Assembly: GCF_006345805.1 (NCBI RefSeq) | Contig: NW_021830461.1 | Coordinates: 1 to 64,000 of the forward strand | Source: Octopus sinensis | Lineage: Eukaryota | Reading direction: 5' to 3' | Length of the DNA: 64,000 nt | Shown: piece after piece, positions 1 to 11,640 of the stretch | Numbering within the stretch: the first letter of the stretch is position 1 | Layout: the number at the start of each line of letters is the position of its first letter | Notes under the pieces: generated by a model | What the model was told of the DNA's origin: nothing | Database searches by the model: none | What the model saw: the letters and a program-made list of their open reading frames with translations, nothing else | Translations under genes and position numbers: made by a program

Positions 1-804
1 CTCGGACTTGGCCTTCCGGAGATTCCTTCAATACAGAAGAGTTGGGATGTCATCTGGTGGCACACACCTGTTGGAGAGTCTTCGCACGCGAGTCGACCAG
101 TTGGAACTGGCTTCTTTGAACTGTGCCTGTCAGCCTCACTCAGGAGACTGGCTAAACGCACTTCCGTTGGCGTCTAATGGTCTGCTTATGGAAGACGAAA
201 CTATACGTATTGGAGTGTGTCTTCGACTTGGACTTGAAATCTGCCAACCTCACCGTTGTCGCTGTGGTTTTTTGATTCCATCGAACGGTTTACACGCATT
301 GTCCTGTAGGAGGAGTGCTGGCCGATTTCCCCGCCACGTCCTCCTCAATGAAGTGGTGAAAAGGGCTTTGGATTCTGCGGGATTCCCATCGACCCTTGAA
401 CCTATTGGGCTCTGCCGCAGTGACGGAAAGCGTCCTGACGGGATGACTATATTCCCCTTTAGAGGAGGAAGGTCTCTTGTTTGGGATGTAACTTGCGTCG
501 ACTCCTTTCAGATACTGTGCTCACAGGAACAGCCAGTACACCAGGCTACGCATGTGCGCTGGCAGAAGAAAGGAAGTTGACGAAGTACGCTGTGCTTCCG
601 AACGTCGTTGAGTTTGTCCCCCTAGCCTTTGAGACCTCCGGTGTGGTTGGAAAGAAGGTAGAAAATCTGTTACGGGTTGTGGGAGGAAGAATCTCACAGA
701 ATACAAATGACCGGAGGGAGACGAGCTGGCTTTTCCAGCGCATCTCGGTTGCAATTCTTCGCGGGAACTGCCTCTCTATCCGCAGTGCTTCGTCGTCGGA
801 CTAA
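1..804 (+). mobile_element. CRE-clade non-LTR retrotransposon, 3' part (CCHC zinc knuckle + restriction-like endonuclease), frameshifted
   Basis: CRCG..H.LSC...RH..LN, EP.GL.RSDGKRPDG.T..P, WDVTCVD and PLAFETSG..WLFQRISVAILRGN motifs over two frames. Confidence 0.85.
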
Positions 805-1175
805 CCCTCAAGTTCACGACATTAATTCTCTATTAATTAATTTGACTGTAAAAAAAGTTTGTTTAATATCATTTTCCCATTAGATAGATTGAACTAATAG
901 ATTTTAATAACGTTATTTCAAAATAAATCAATCAAGAAACTTTTAAAATGCATCTTTACCAAAATATAAATCAGGAAACAATCCTCACTGAATGTTTTAT
1001 GATAGCTTAACAGTGTGAAGAGATACGAAGTGGTATATTTGAGAGTAATCGAAAAGGCAGAATATTGGTAATCAATAATTCCACACCTAAATTATCTTAT
1101 TCAAAATATTGTTTTAATTATGATGCATCGTAATACGTTAAACTAGATAATTCATAAAATGAAATCATAAAGAAA

Positions 1176-2235
1176 TTAATCACTATTAAAAAACTCCGTT
1201 CTGAAATTCTCACAAAAACTACAAAGATTTGAATACATCTTTGATGCGTTATCCGTAAAAGTAATTAAAGAATCGATAGTCATGAAAGCATAAATATGGC
1301 CATAGGCAATCGCATCCAATTCACACGGAATTCTAAAACAGTAAAGTCCATATAAAACACGTTTTTGACAAAAAATATCTATTTTCCCCCAATAGTCGGG
1401 ATAAATAGTCAAACGAATTTAATACACAATCAAAAACCTAAATCAATAAAAAACAATAAAAACTTCTTTTTAGTTTTTGGAGTTACTTTTGAGGAAAAAT
1501 AACGATACCTATTTTTCTGGCATTGAATCCACGGAATAATTAAATTTAGTGGAAAAGGATAACACAAAGCAATACGGGGACGAGTTACCTTTAATAAAAA
1601 TTCAAGTAAATATGAAATGCCCTCACTTTTGAGGTAGCATCCCATTATTAGAAAATATAATTAAATTAAACAACCTTTTTATAAATATTATCATCACACC
1701 ACGTTATATATGTCTATATTTTTAAGGAAAATAATAAACTTCACAGTCAGCCAAATCTCCAATGATAATGTACATAATTGTAGAGGCCAGATCACGTTTT
1801 TGTATTCCGAATGATAAAGTAGGAGAAAGTCCCTGAATTTTTTATTATGAATATCACTTTGATCTCAATGAATTTAAATACAGATTCAATTCCAGATAGA
1901 AGAAGAGGGCCGACCTTAATAAAAGGAATCTCCCCTAATATGTTACATTTTGTTAGATTTTTAACCGTTTGGAGAAATTTCTTCTGCATTTTTATAATAT
2001 TCTACATTATATGGTATTTTGATAATCTTAAAAAGTGCTTGCATTGCTTGACAGTTTGCATACTGATCGGGTAATATCTGAGAACCTGTTTTAAGTTTAT
2101 TGAAAAAAAGTTTAATACTTTCATTAACCTGATATAACGTAATTGTCTCCGGCAGGGGTAATGATTCTACGGAGAAATTAAAAACATTTTCGAACTGTAT
2201 TTAAGGAAATTGGTTAAGTTGCACACTAGACTCAT
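1176..2235 (-). CDS. MTX2: Metaxin-2-like mitochondrial outer-membrane protein, copy 1 (1-nt frameshift near 1470)
   Basis: Manual splicing gives MSLV...ITLYQ..SQILPDQYANCQAMQALFK...NAEEISPNGEIPFIKVG...TRPR..CYPFPLN...PCELDAIAYGHIY...YSNLCSFCENFRTEFF, matching metaxin-2 motifs. Confidence 0.8.
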
Positions 2236-2424
2236 TAATAGTAATAGGGAATTTAATGATTGATTCGAAAAGTTTTTTAATTTTAAAATATAAACTTTAT
2301 CAACAGAAATTTTGAACGGATCGCTTTGGAACGGGAATGTTTCCCCCAGAAGTGAGGCATTATATTGCCTATTGCAGGATTGAGAATCTGTTTTTTTAAC
2401 CAAGGGAGCTTTGTTTAACTATTT

Positions 2425-2930
2425 TATAAGAAGCAAAAAAACCGTTGATCATTTGGCAACCCAATGTGGGAAAATGCTCAACAGTAATTACGTCAGAAAA
2501 CATAACGAAGTCGTGAAATGTATTCACTTGTATGTCTGTAGGAAGTATAGAATCCGCAAAGTTAAAAAATTTAAAGAATATTCACTTCAGTCAATCATAT
2601 TCACATAAAATGTTGAAATATGTGAAGATTCTTTAATAATTACAGACACAAAAATTTAATGTAACAAGACTGATATATTCATGTACGACAAAATAAAAAA
2701 ACGAAATTACTATCATCGAAGTGGGACGTCCCCTCTCGAAGTAGGACAGGACCTGCCTGAAGCAGGCCGAAGTTGAGAAATGCCATAAATGCAATCCTTT
2801 GGGCATGGATTTATCCAGCCTCTACGACGCTCAAATCAAAATAATTTTACTGGATATGACATGTGACGGTGTCGTTTTTAAGTTTTTCAAGAATTACATT
2901 GAAAAGTTGGCAATTGAAGACGTTTCTGTG
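2425..2930 (+). mobile_element. Degenerate R4/Dong-like RLE retrotransposon 3' fragment
   Basis: TVDHLATQCGKML..YVRKHNEVVKCIHL followed by a decayed RLE region. Confidence 0.65.
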
Positions 2931-3379
2931 TTTCAGCAAACACTTCTTTAGAATTTACAATTTATCCAAAACCAAGCATGTGTTTCTTAAATCTATGCGA
3001 GGAATTTAACACACTTTAGAGACATGGAATACTAAAAAAATCCCTTTAAACAAAAAATTCGAATTTGATTTAAATCTGTTTGATAAAACTTAGTGTACTA
3101 CAAGGAAATAAATAGAAATAAATAGAAAAATGAATGTATACAACAGTAAATACGAATTTATCTGCGGAGATAAAGTATACCTAAAAAAATTACGGATACT
3201 CAAGTTAAAAAAGATTATGGAACAAAACTTTCGTCACGGCTAAATAAATTAGAGTCTCCATTCTATTCAGGGGTCAAAACAATTAACATTTTGTCAAACA
3301 ATCAAGTCGAGATTAAGAACCATTTTTATTTAATAGATAAAATATGCTAAAGAAGGTGTATAAAGGATTCCGACTTTTC

Positions 3380-3700
3380 TTTTCCAAAGGGGAAAATGTC
3401 TGCTCTTGGACGTCAAGGGTATAAACTCGTTTTTGGCTAGAACATAGTAGCATCAATCGAAAGCCCTGGAGCCCCAACAGAACGGGCCGAAAAGATGAAA
3501 CATGCGAAACATGATGATGTCAGGAATTGCAGAGTGTTTGGCCTCCTGACGCCTAAAATACGAGGACCTTCCGCTCGGAGCCTGCTCTGACATATCGGGT
3601 TACTTCTGGATAAGGTTACTGACGATCAATCCGAGAACTGGTATCTCCCAACAAGATTTCCTGCTTTAGTCAAAAATAATGCCCTGTCTGTCCGACAATA
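3380..3700 (+). mobile_element. Highly degenerate CRE-like 3' fragment
   Basis: FPKGKCLLLDV...PGAPTERAEKMKHAK...WYLQQ remnants; locally higher GC. Confidence 0.5.
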
Positions 3701-3776
3701 ACCATTTTTTTTCTTTTAAACAATTTTTTTCTAATAAACATATTCTAATCAAAAAAATAAAACTAAAAGAATAAAA

Positions 3777-5356
3777 TCAGGTATTTTTATTGATAAAACT
3801 TTCCAATATATTTATTGTATTTTTCACATTCTTAGCTTTTGCCTTTATTGCTGCTTTGTGACGTTTAGTCTTGTTATGTAGATTCCAGGTTTTCTCATCA
3901 ACATAAAACGTCATTTCACAGATTTTACAAGTTCGCATGGATACGCCCCTCGATCTTTGCTCGACTTCAGTAATAAAATTAATCTTCTCTTTGGGAAATT
4001 GGCATTCACGTTTCTGAATTATAATCACCAGAGACAATACAGCCAAATAGTCAGCAACAATGGTAATTGCCATTGGAATTACGTCTGTCGACAGATCCTT
4101 GGATCCTGTGGCATCTAATTTATATACACAATAGCATTCAGGTCTACTACACCCCTCATAGGTCTCTGAAATAATACAAATAGTCATTAATTTTTACGAG
4201 TTAAAAAACGTTTTCTTATCCAGCCAAGTTGTTGTCTGGCATAGCGCTTAGTTGAATTTTTCAACCTTTCAACGCCTGAAAATAGTTTTAAAAAAAATAA
4301 CTTTTTTCAAGTAATTTTTTTCCTTCTATCGAGTCTTCGCACACATTTTCGTTAAGCATCAAATATTCGTGAAACTCCTTAAAGCCTATAGACTGGAAAA
4401 TTCCCCGTTGATAGTCATAATGTCTATAAATATTATTCATATACAACAACCCTTTCTGGGTTTTACGATTTTCACTATAACGATGATGAAAATCGACAAG
4501 TTCATCAACCAGACCATTTTCCAGCATTTTATCAACTCTTTCATCAATTAACTTATCAAGCTCTGAAAATAAATATTTAAAAAATCCAGACCTTTCAAAT
4601 CCCGATAAACAAAAACGATACAAAAATCATCAATTCGGAGTCTATATTTTGTCCCTTGTCTTTGTGCAGAGTATAGTTCAGTGATAGACTTGCCAGTTCG
4701 TTTATAAACTTCAATCGCTCTAAAAAATGTTAAAAAAAAACTTTTTTATTTTCCGAGAATCGTTTGGATGAAATTTGGAGGCATGAACAGAATCAATTTC
4801 CATTAACAATTTGTGGTTGTCCTCGTTCTCTTGGTCCATCACAATATCTTTAAAATAATTTAGAAAAATCACCATTTGAATTATAATTGTGAGAAAAACT
4901 AATAAATTTTAGTAAATTATTTTTACTACTTAACTTCCAAAAGTGATTCCCAAAGAATCGATTCCAAATAATAATTTGTACCTCCCTCGATGATTGGAAG
5001 TCCACTGCCATTTTTGTATAGATTTTCAATGTAAAATAGTTAAGTGAAAATGCATGAAAATATTAAATGATAATAAAGGATATAATTTGTAATGCAGAAT
5101 CACTGTACATCTTGACATTATAATTTTCATATAAAGGGTCCAAAAAGTCAATTAAATGATGAGGACACGCGTTTAACTCAGAAGGAGTGGGTTTATTGGT
5201 AATAATATTTAATCCTTTGTACATCTGCATAGCATCAGCATTTATAATGCTTCCATTAAATTTTTTGGCCAATGCAAATGCTATTTGTGATTTTCCAGAA
5301 CCAGTTGGGCCAAGTACAGCTACAAGTGGACGCAATCGGCCACCACTAGTCTTCAT
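3777..5356 (-). CDS. TRIT1: tRNA dimethylallyl(isopentenyl)transferase, copy 1, multi-exon with mini-introns
   Basis: [13 protein letters not shown]-loop, [44 protein letters not shown]-terminal CxxC..H..H zinc finger. Confidence 0.93.
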
Positions 5357-5559
5357 ATGGTTTTTAATTTTTTAATTAAATATAAATTAATAAAAAACAT
5401 TTAATTAAAAAAATATTTAGGAATATATTTTTCTATTTTATTGAGATTGTTTACATCCCATAAACTGGCTTATGTGCTAGCCGTCGTGTAATTTAAAAAT
5501 TGATAAAACCAAATAGTCTATTTCGAAATGAAAATTAGGTACTAAGGGAGTGAAAAAGG

Positions 5560-6190
5560 ATACCCTAATATTCTTCCCAAAGAAGTAGTAAGATAATGTT
5601 TAGAGAAATTGCTGCCACTGAGCTAGGTTTAATTCCTATTTCAAATACTTCTGTGAGCAGACTGATCAAGGATATGTTTGATGACATCGAAACCCTTTTG
5701 GTTCGGCGAATAAAAAAATCTGAATTTTTTCCATTTCAAGTAGATAAAAGCTCAGATATTACAAGAATGCAATTTTCTGTTTTATTTCGTTATATGGACG
5801 ATGAATCCATTATTGAAGATTTTTTTCCTCAAAGAGTCGTCGAAACAACAAAGGGATATGACATTTTCAATCTTATAAATTCATATTTCGAGCATTTAAA
5901 GTTAGATTGGAATGAATGCATAGGTATCTGCACTGATGGTGCTCTATCAGTGACGGGGGATGATAGAGACTTTGTTTCTGTTGCAAAAAATAAAAATCCA
6001 GACTTAATTCACAAGCATTATTTTATTCATCATGAGGCATGCTTTGGACAGGGTCGTAAAAATTATCAATTATATCAAAATGAGTCCGTTGTAATTACGA
6101 TAGCTCTCGGAACTTTATGAAAATACAGAACATTCAATTTTGATTTACCGCACTGAACTAAAATGGCTTCGAATTGTTTCTATGAACTAT
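5560..6190 (+). mobile_element. Degenerate hAT (Buster/ZBED5-like) transposase fragment
   Basis: PISNTSVSRLI, FQVDKSSD, TTKGYDIF, ICTDGA, H.FIHHEA motifs. Confidence 0.8.
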
Positions 6191-6355
6191 ACAAAAAAAG
6201 TTGGATAACTTTATTGAATGCTTTAATAATGAATGTTAGTGTTGCAAGATAGCACACCTTGCCGATATTTTTAATGAACTTAATGTTCTCAATAGCAGCA
6301 TACAAATCTGTCGAGTTGTACAAACAAATTTTTTTTGCTATGTACAAAACAAAAA

Positions 6356-6415
6356 CTCCCCGACCGGGAATCGAACCCGGGCAACGCGGCATACTAACCA
6401 TTATACTATCGGGGA
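6356..6415 (-). pseudogene. tRNA-Asp-like gene lacking the anticodon loop (60 nt)
   Basis: TCCCCGA/TCGGGGA acceptor stem, TAGTATAATGGTTAGTA A-box, GGTTCGATTCC B-box, oligo-T downstream; about 12 nt of the anticodon arm missing. Confidence 0.75.
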
Positions 6416-6799
6416 CGTACTTCCTATTTTTGTTTTTTAATAACGGGACACTAATTTTGCTGTAACCTTTAATTCATCCATCACTTCTTTTAGAGTTATT
6501 CTTGGTTTTGTACTGGCTATTCTTTTTATTTATGAAGAAGAGGATTTAGTTATTTTACTCTGAGCAGCTGATCTTGGTGTATTAATAACAGTTTTGTGTT
6601 GTTTCCGCTGGGTAGTAATATTCCAACCAGTAGTTTTTGGCAACGTCAGCTATTTAGAAATCTCTTCACCACTTTTAGCTCTTTTGTATGACGTTATAAC
6701 TTGTTTTTTTAGATCAGTAATTCTCAAATTTGGGTACGCGAGATTCAGTAGTTTGTACGCGTAGAGGATTTGTTTTTTTCCAATTACATATTACTGCAA

Positions 6800-7500
6800 A
6801 CAAGGATTTTCTTTATTGTTCAATTTAAAATCAGTTTATCGTGCAAGACTGAATGTCCGAATGTGTCTTTCGATCAACTCCTTCATATTTTTTTGGGCAG
6901 CCTCCAGACAATTCTTAGCCAACACTTTATGGTACTAAGATGTGTATCACGCGGTTTTTCAACAGCCTTCCTTTGGGATATACGTGACCCACTCCACACG
7001 ATTTTGTTTATCTTATTAAGAAATCGCTCACTTAAGTGGACGATGTTTCTCAGTCCACGTCCTAGTTGCCCTCGAGACAAGTATAATTTCTCCTTATTCC
7101 TAGCCAACACGTTGACGTGATTCTCCCCGTGTACTCTTCTAACAATAAGGTCTATTTTATCGTACTCACATTCGATCAGGGCAACGTAGATGTCTAGGTA
7201 GTGAGATCGCGTACTCGTTCAAAGCATGAAATCAGTTCCGTGCATTGAGGACGGTTTTGCATAACATTGCTACCCTACTACCTACACACTCCATTACACA
7301 CTTTCTCACGGGTAACTGCCCCATCGAACTTTTTGCGGATGTCAGAGACACCACAAGACTTTGTCATCAAGGGAGCATCGGATCCACAACACGGAAACAA
7401 CACACCCTTGCGAGAACGTGCTGTCCACATACTCTCCCATGTGTCAAGTATTTCGGGCATTTGCTGGATACACTCCTCCGATAAAACAACATGCGATTAA
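6800..7500 (-). mobile_element. Degenerate R4/Dong-like RT C-terminal fragment
   Basis: LNARN..HALNEYAISL and NKEKLYLSRGQLGRGL motifs. Confidence 0.6.
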
Positions 7501-8060
7501 ACTCAAACAGTTTGTTCTTTTGCCTGCGCTGACACTGAGACACAAGAGTTGTGAGCTTCTTCTGATAAACGAAAATCAGCTCTTCCCTCTCACAATTGAA
7601 CTTTACACAATTGAACTTTTTCGGTGTTTAGCTTGGGAATTCACAATAGTTCCCAAGCTGTTTGTATAAAAATGTTAGAGAACTGATTTTTCTTATAAGC
7701 ATGCTTTAGAGTGACAGCCTTTTTTCAGAGTTAGCTAGGAATACATCTTGCGTTTCATGAAAATGAGTTGAACTTGAATATCTTTGATTACTTCAAGTTC
7801 ATCTTTGGTAAGGTTGAGTAAAACCATTTCTGAAATATAGATTTGATCAATTATACTTATTATTTTTTCAAATTGGAAAACTTAGATAACCAAAATAAAT
7901 TTGCATGGTAGATTAATTTGAAAAAAAACTTTGATAAATTACTAAAATAATTAAGAAAATCAAAAAATCTAATCATAATTAATTTGAAAAAATATTTATT
8001 TTTTTAAAATAACGTTGACGGGGCATTATCCAACCGAGGGCATTATCCAGCCGGTGACAA

Positions 8061-9770
8061 TGAATCGATTAAAATTAGTTTTATCTATTTTATAATTTGT
8101 TAGTTAGCCTCATCGTTAACAGGCAAAAAATAATCATCAGAACCAAACATATTTTGTTGCGCCCCACGCTGTCGACCAAAGCGACCTTCGTTGATGACAG
8201 GGTTGACAGGATGACCTAATATTCAGTCTTGCGCGATGATTATTTTTTATATTGAGAAGTGCTGAGAAGCCATGTTTGCATAAATATGTTGTCGGGAATA
8301 TAAGCAACAAATTTAATGCATTTGCGCTTACGAAAGGATAATGCTTACACATTTCGCACCAAAATCTTGATAAAGCAAGTTTTTCATACAAATCTTTTGC
8401 GTTTGAATTATTGATCATGTCAATTAGAGCCTCTTCGATATTTTCATCGACCAAACGTGGATCAACACTGAATGGTGTACGAATGAATTTCAAATCAATT
8501 TCGTTCAATTCTGGAAAGTATTTATTTACTTCTTGTTGAAGATATGTTAAATGTGCATAAATAAGTTCGGTTATTTTTTTGATTTCAAATGCATCTATAT
8601 TTACAGATTGTTCTTCAAAAGATTCAAACATAGTAAAATTATTTAGTTTTACTTTTTCTTTCCACAGTGTTAACTTCATCAAAAAAGCACTAATAATTAA
8701 TATGAGACAGTTAACAAACTTAATTTTATCCACAAAATCAATTATTGTTTCATGTCTTCCCTGAAGCGATTTGTTGAGTGAATTTATACGAAAGAAGACA
8801 TCTCTCAAGTAAGCAAGTTTAGATAGCCATGAACTATCCATTAATTTCGAAATAAATTCCGATGATTTGGAATTGTTTTCGCGAATAAAATATTCAGATA
8901 ATTCATTCCTCAAAGAAAAAACTCTGGCAAGAATGTTTCCCCGAGATAACCATCTCACCTCAGTGTGGAATACCAAAGCCTTTCCATCCTTTTCAAATTC
9001 TTCGCAAATAAGTCTGAAAATGCGCAAATTTAAAGCACTCTTTTTAATATAATTTATGATATGTACGACATCATCGAGAACATATCTTAAATCTGAAGGT
9101 AATGTTTTTGCAGCAAGTGCATATCGATGTAGCATACAATGCATATGTTTCGTTTCCTGGTTAGCAAGTCTGACTTGGCCTCTAAAGCCAGAATGAAAGC
9201 CAAGCATTGCTGGAGCTCCATCGGTTGCGCAACAACATACATTATTCCAAGATAACCCAACACTGTCAAAAAACATAGAAATTGCTTGAAAAATATCTTT
9301 TCCTTTAGTGGTCGATTCAAGCGAATAGGAAAATAAAAATTCCTCTTTAAAATCTCCGTCATAGACATAACGAGCAAATATTATTAATTGAGCACAGTTC
9401 GCTACATCGGTGGATTCATCAACTTGTATAGCGAAATTTTGATGGCATAAAGTTTTTATTTGTTCTACCACCTGTTAAAATAAATAATATAATATCAATA
9501 ACCTGACACTTAATATTTTCTGACATTTCAGAAATTCGTCGATGAACAGTATCATTCGATAATGATATTTCCGAAATCATATTTTCAGCGTGAGTGCCAA
9601 TAAGAGTACGTATATGTCTTTACAACAAGGAAGAATCAGTTTTTCGGCAATATTATGAGGTTTCTTTTCTTTCGCTATACGTAATGAAATTATGTAAGAT
9701 GCTAATAGCATGGAATTATGAGAAGGCAAAGTTTGTATGAAACGAGTCAATACTTGATTTTTCATAAAAA
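8061..9770 (-). mobile_element. hAT (Buster/SCAND3-like) transposase copy A, with two mini-introns and a non-native 3' end
   Basis: IAKEKKPHNIAEKLILP, QVDESTD, TDGAPAM, HCMLHR, HTEVRWLSRG, FPTTYLC.HGFS; GT-AG introns at 9502-9472 and 8719-8690. Confidence 0.9.
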
Positions 9771-9994
9771 ACTAAGTGATCCCAGAATACTAAAGTATAC
9801 TTGATTTTTCTCAACCACACTTATACCCTACTTCTCTTCCAAGACTTTGACTAGGTCAAATAAGTGACCCCAGTACATATACACCCTGGAATCGAGCTAG
9901 GGTCAAGTGTTAAATGTTCGATTGCTCGCACTTGCAATCATGGATTGGTTTGCAATTTTTTTATAAAGAAATTATACACCTCATTGATTTCAGG

Positions 9995-10265
9995 TGTCTT
10001 CCAGTCAGAGAGACGGGTAACTGCAAAACGTTCTGAAGAGTTGAAGAAAAAAAAATACTCTTTCCTGGCAGACAGATATCTTTTCCAGCCGATCGCTGTG
10101 GAGACTTCTGGAGTCTTTGGAACAGAGAGTTTTTCGTTCATTCGAAGATTGGGTGGTCTAATCTCAAAAAAAACAGGTGATCCGCGGGAGACGTCGTGGC
10201 TCTTCCAGAGGATTTCGTGTGCAATTGTCCGCGGAAATTCACACGCTATCCGAGGCTCATACTAA
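9995..10265 (+). mobile_element. CRE-like retrotransposon 3' fragment
   Basis: FQPIAVETSGVFG...RETSWLFQRISCAIVRGN. Confidence 0.8.
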
Positions 10266-10359
10266 TTAATTAAAACTTTATTTGGTCTAAAAAACAATTT
10301 GTAATTAAAGTATTGGTTTAGAAATGAATTCCGAAAAATCAGCATCTAATGTGGGATCA

Positions 10360-11180
10360 TTATCATGCTGTGAGACTGTGGATGGAATCAACGGATATCG
10401 GTACTTGGGTGTACGTGAAGACGGGGGAAGTATAATGCTCTCAAGAAAAAAGTTATGGACTCCATACTGAAGAATGTCAAGAAAAGGATAACCATGTTAT
10501 CAAAAACAAAGCTGAATGCTGTGAATTTGTTTCGTAGCATCAATGAATATGCATTATCTTTATATAATTATTATATCGGGCTAATTAATATCGAACCGCA
10601 CGAATTTGACGAAATTGACCAACAAATACGCCGATTGCTTACGACTCTCAAGTTACATCTCCAGCTTGCAAATAAGGAGAGGTTGTATTTGGATCGCAAA
10701 ACGCTTGGAAGAGGACTTACCTCAATTTTTTTAAAAACGAATTAATAATCCTCCAGTTTCTTACAAGTTTGGAAAAAAGTCGACTATCTGTCTAAGGAAA
10801 TCGGGTATTCTGCGAGTAATCAAAACAAGAAAATGGCACTTAGCCACAATCGCAGAATTTCTTGCTTTTAAATTTCTTGTCGGTGGGGAAAATCTGAACA
10901 TTGATTCACTCAAGGACGCTCAAAGAAAACTTTTGCTTAACCGAATCAGCTGTAAATCACTACATTCGGCGATTTTAAATGTATGGAAGAATCAAATATC
11001 GACCTATCTACTTTTTCGCAATGGCTATCAAAAGGTAACAATGGTTTACGGTGCGAAGCATTTTACTGTCTTTTACAAGAGAGGAATTTGTTTTTTGCAT
11101 ACGCGGGATCACTGCGCGTCTATTGCAAAAAAGCAAGCAGACTGTTGACCATCTAGCCACGCGGTGTGGTAGAATGCTAA
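10360..11180 (+). mobile_element. R4/Dong-like RT C-terminal fragment, frameshifted
   Basis: YRYLGV, LNAVNLFRSINEYALSLYNYYIG, ANKERLYLDRKTLGRGL, TVDHLATRC. Confidence 0.75.
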
Positions 11181-11542
11181 ACAGAAAAATTGCGGGTATT
11201 AAATGGCAACAGACCATCAAAAACGACACACTCTACAAATTATGTAAATGCAAGCTGATTAGCAAGAAAGTTACTACTTCACGCTGGAAACTTTTCGGAC
11301 ATTTCCTGAAAATTGACGAAATGATTCCTTGCAATCAAATCATGGAAGAATACTTCTCTAGTCACGGAATTGGATTTCGGGGTCGGCCAAGACACACGCT
11401 TCCTCTCTGCCTGAGGGATGATTACGCGAGAATTAGCTTCCGACTTAAAACTGGTGACGATCTTGAGAACATTTGCAAACGTGCAAGGAACAAGGCTGGA
11501 TGGAAAAGACTGAGTGGGAAGATATTTGAAAGTACGTCATGA
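11180..11542 (+). mobile_element. RTE-like LINE 3' fragment fused to the R4-like fragment
   Basis: IAGIKWQQTIKNDTLY...RWKLFGH...RGRPR motifs. Confidence 0.65.
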
Positions 11543-11640
11543 GCGAAACCTTAGGCTCTTACGTGCTTATGACAACGCGGAAGTGCTATTAACTAACAAT
11601 TACAGTTTTTCTTCTTAGTCATCTATCTTTTTTGAAAATA

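Larger units (their letters stand above)
871..5725 (+). repeat. Copy 1 of a ~4.9-kb near-identical direct duplication (copy 2 at 59143-64000, running off the window end)
   Basis: Same sequence and ORF set at an offset of about 58272-58275; roughly ten differences seen. Confidence 0.97.
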
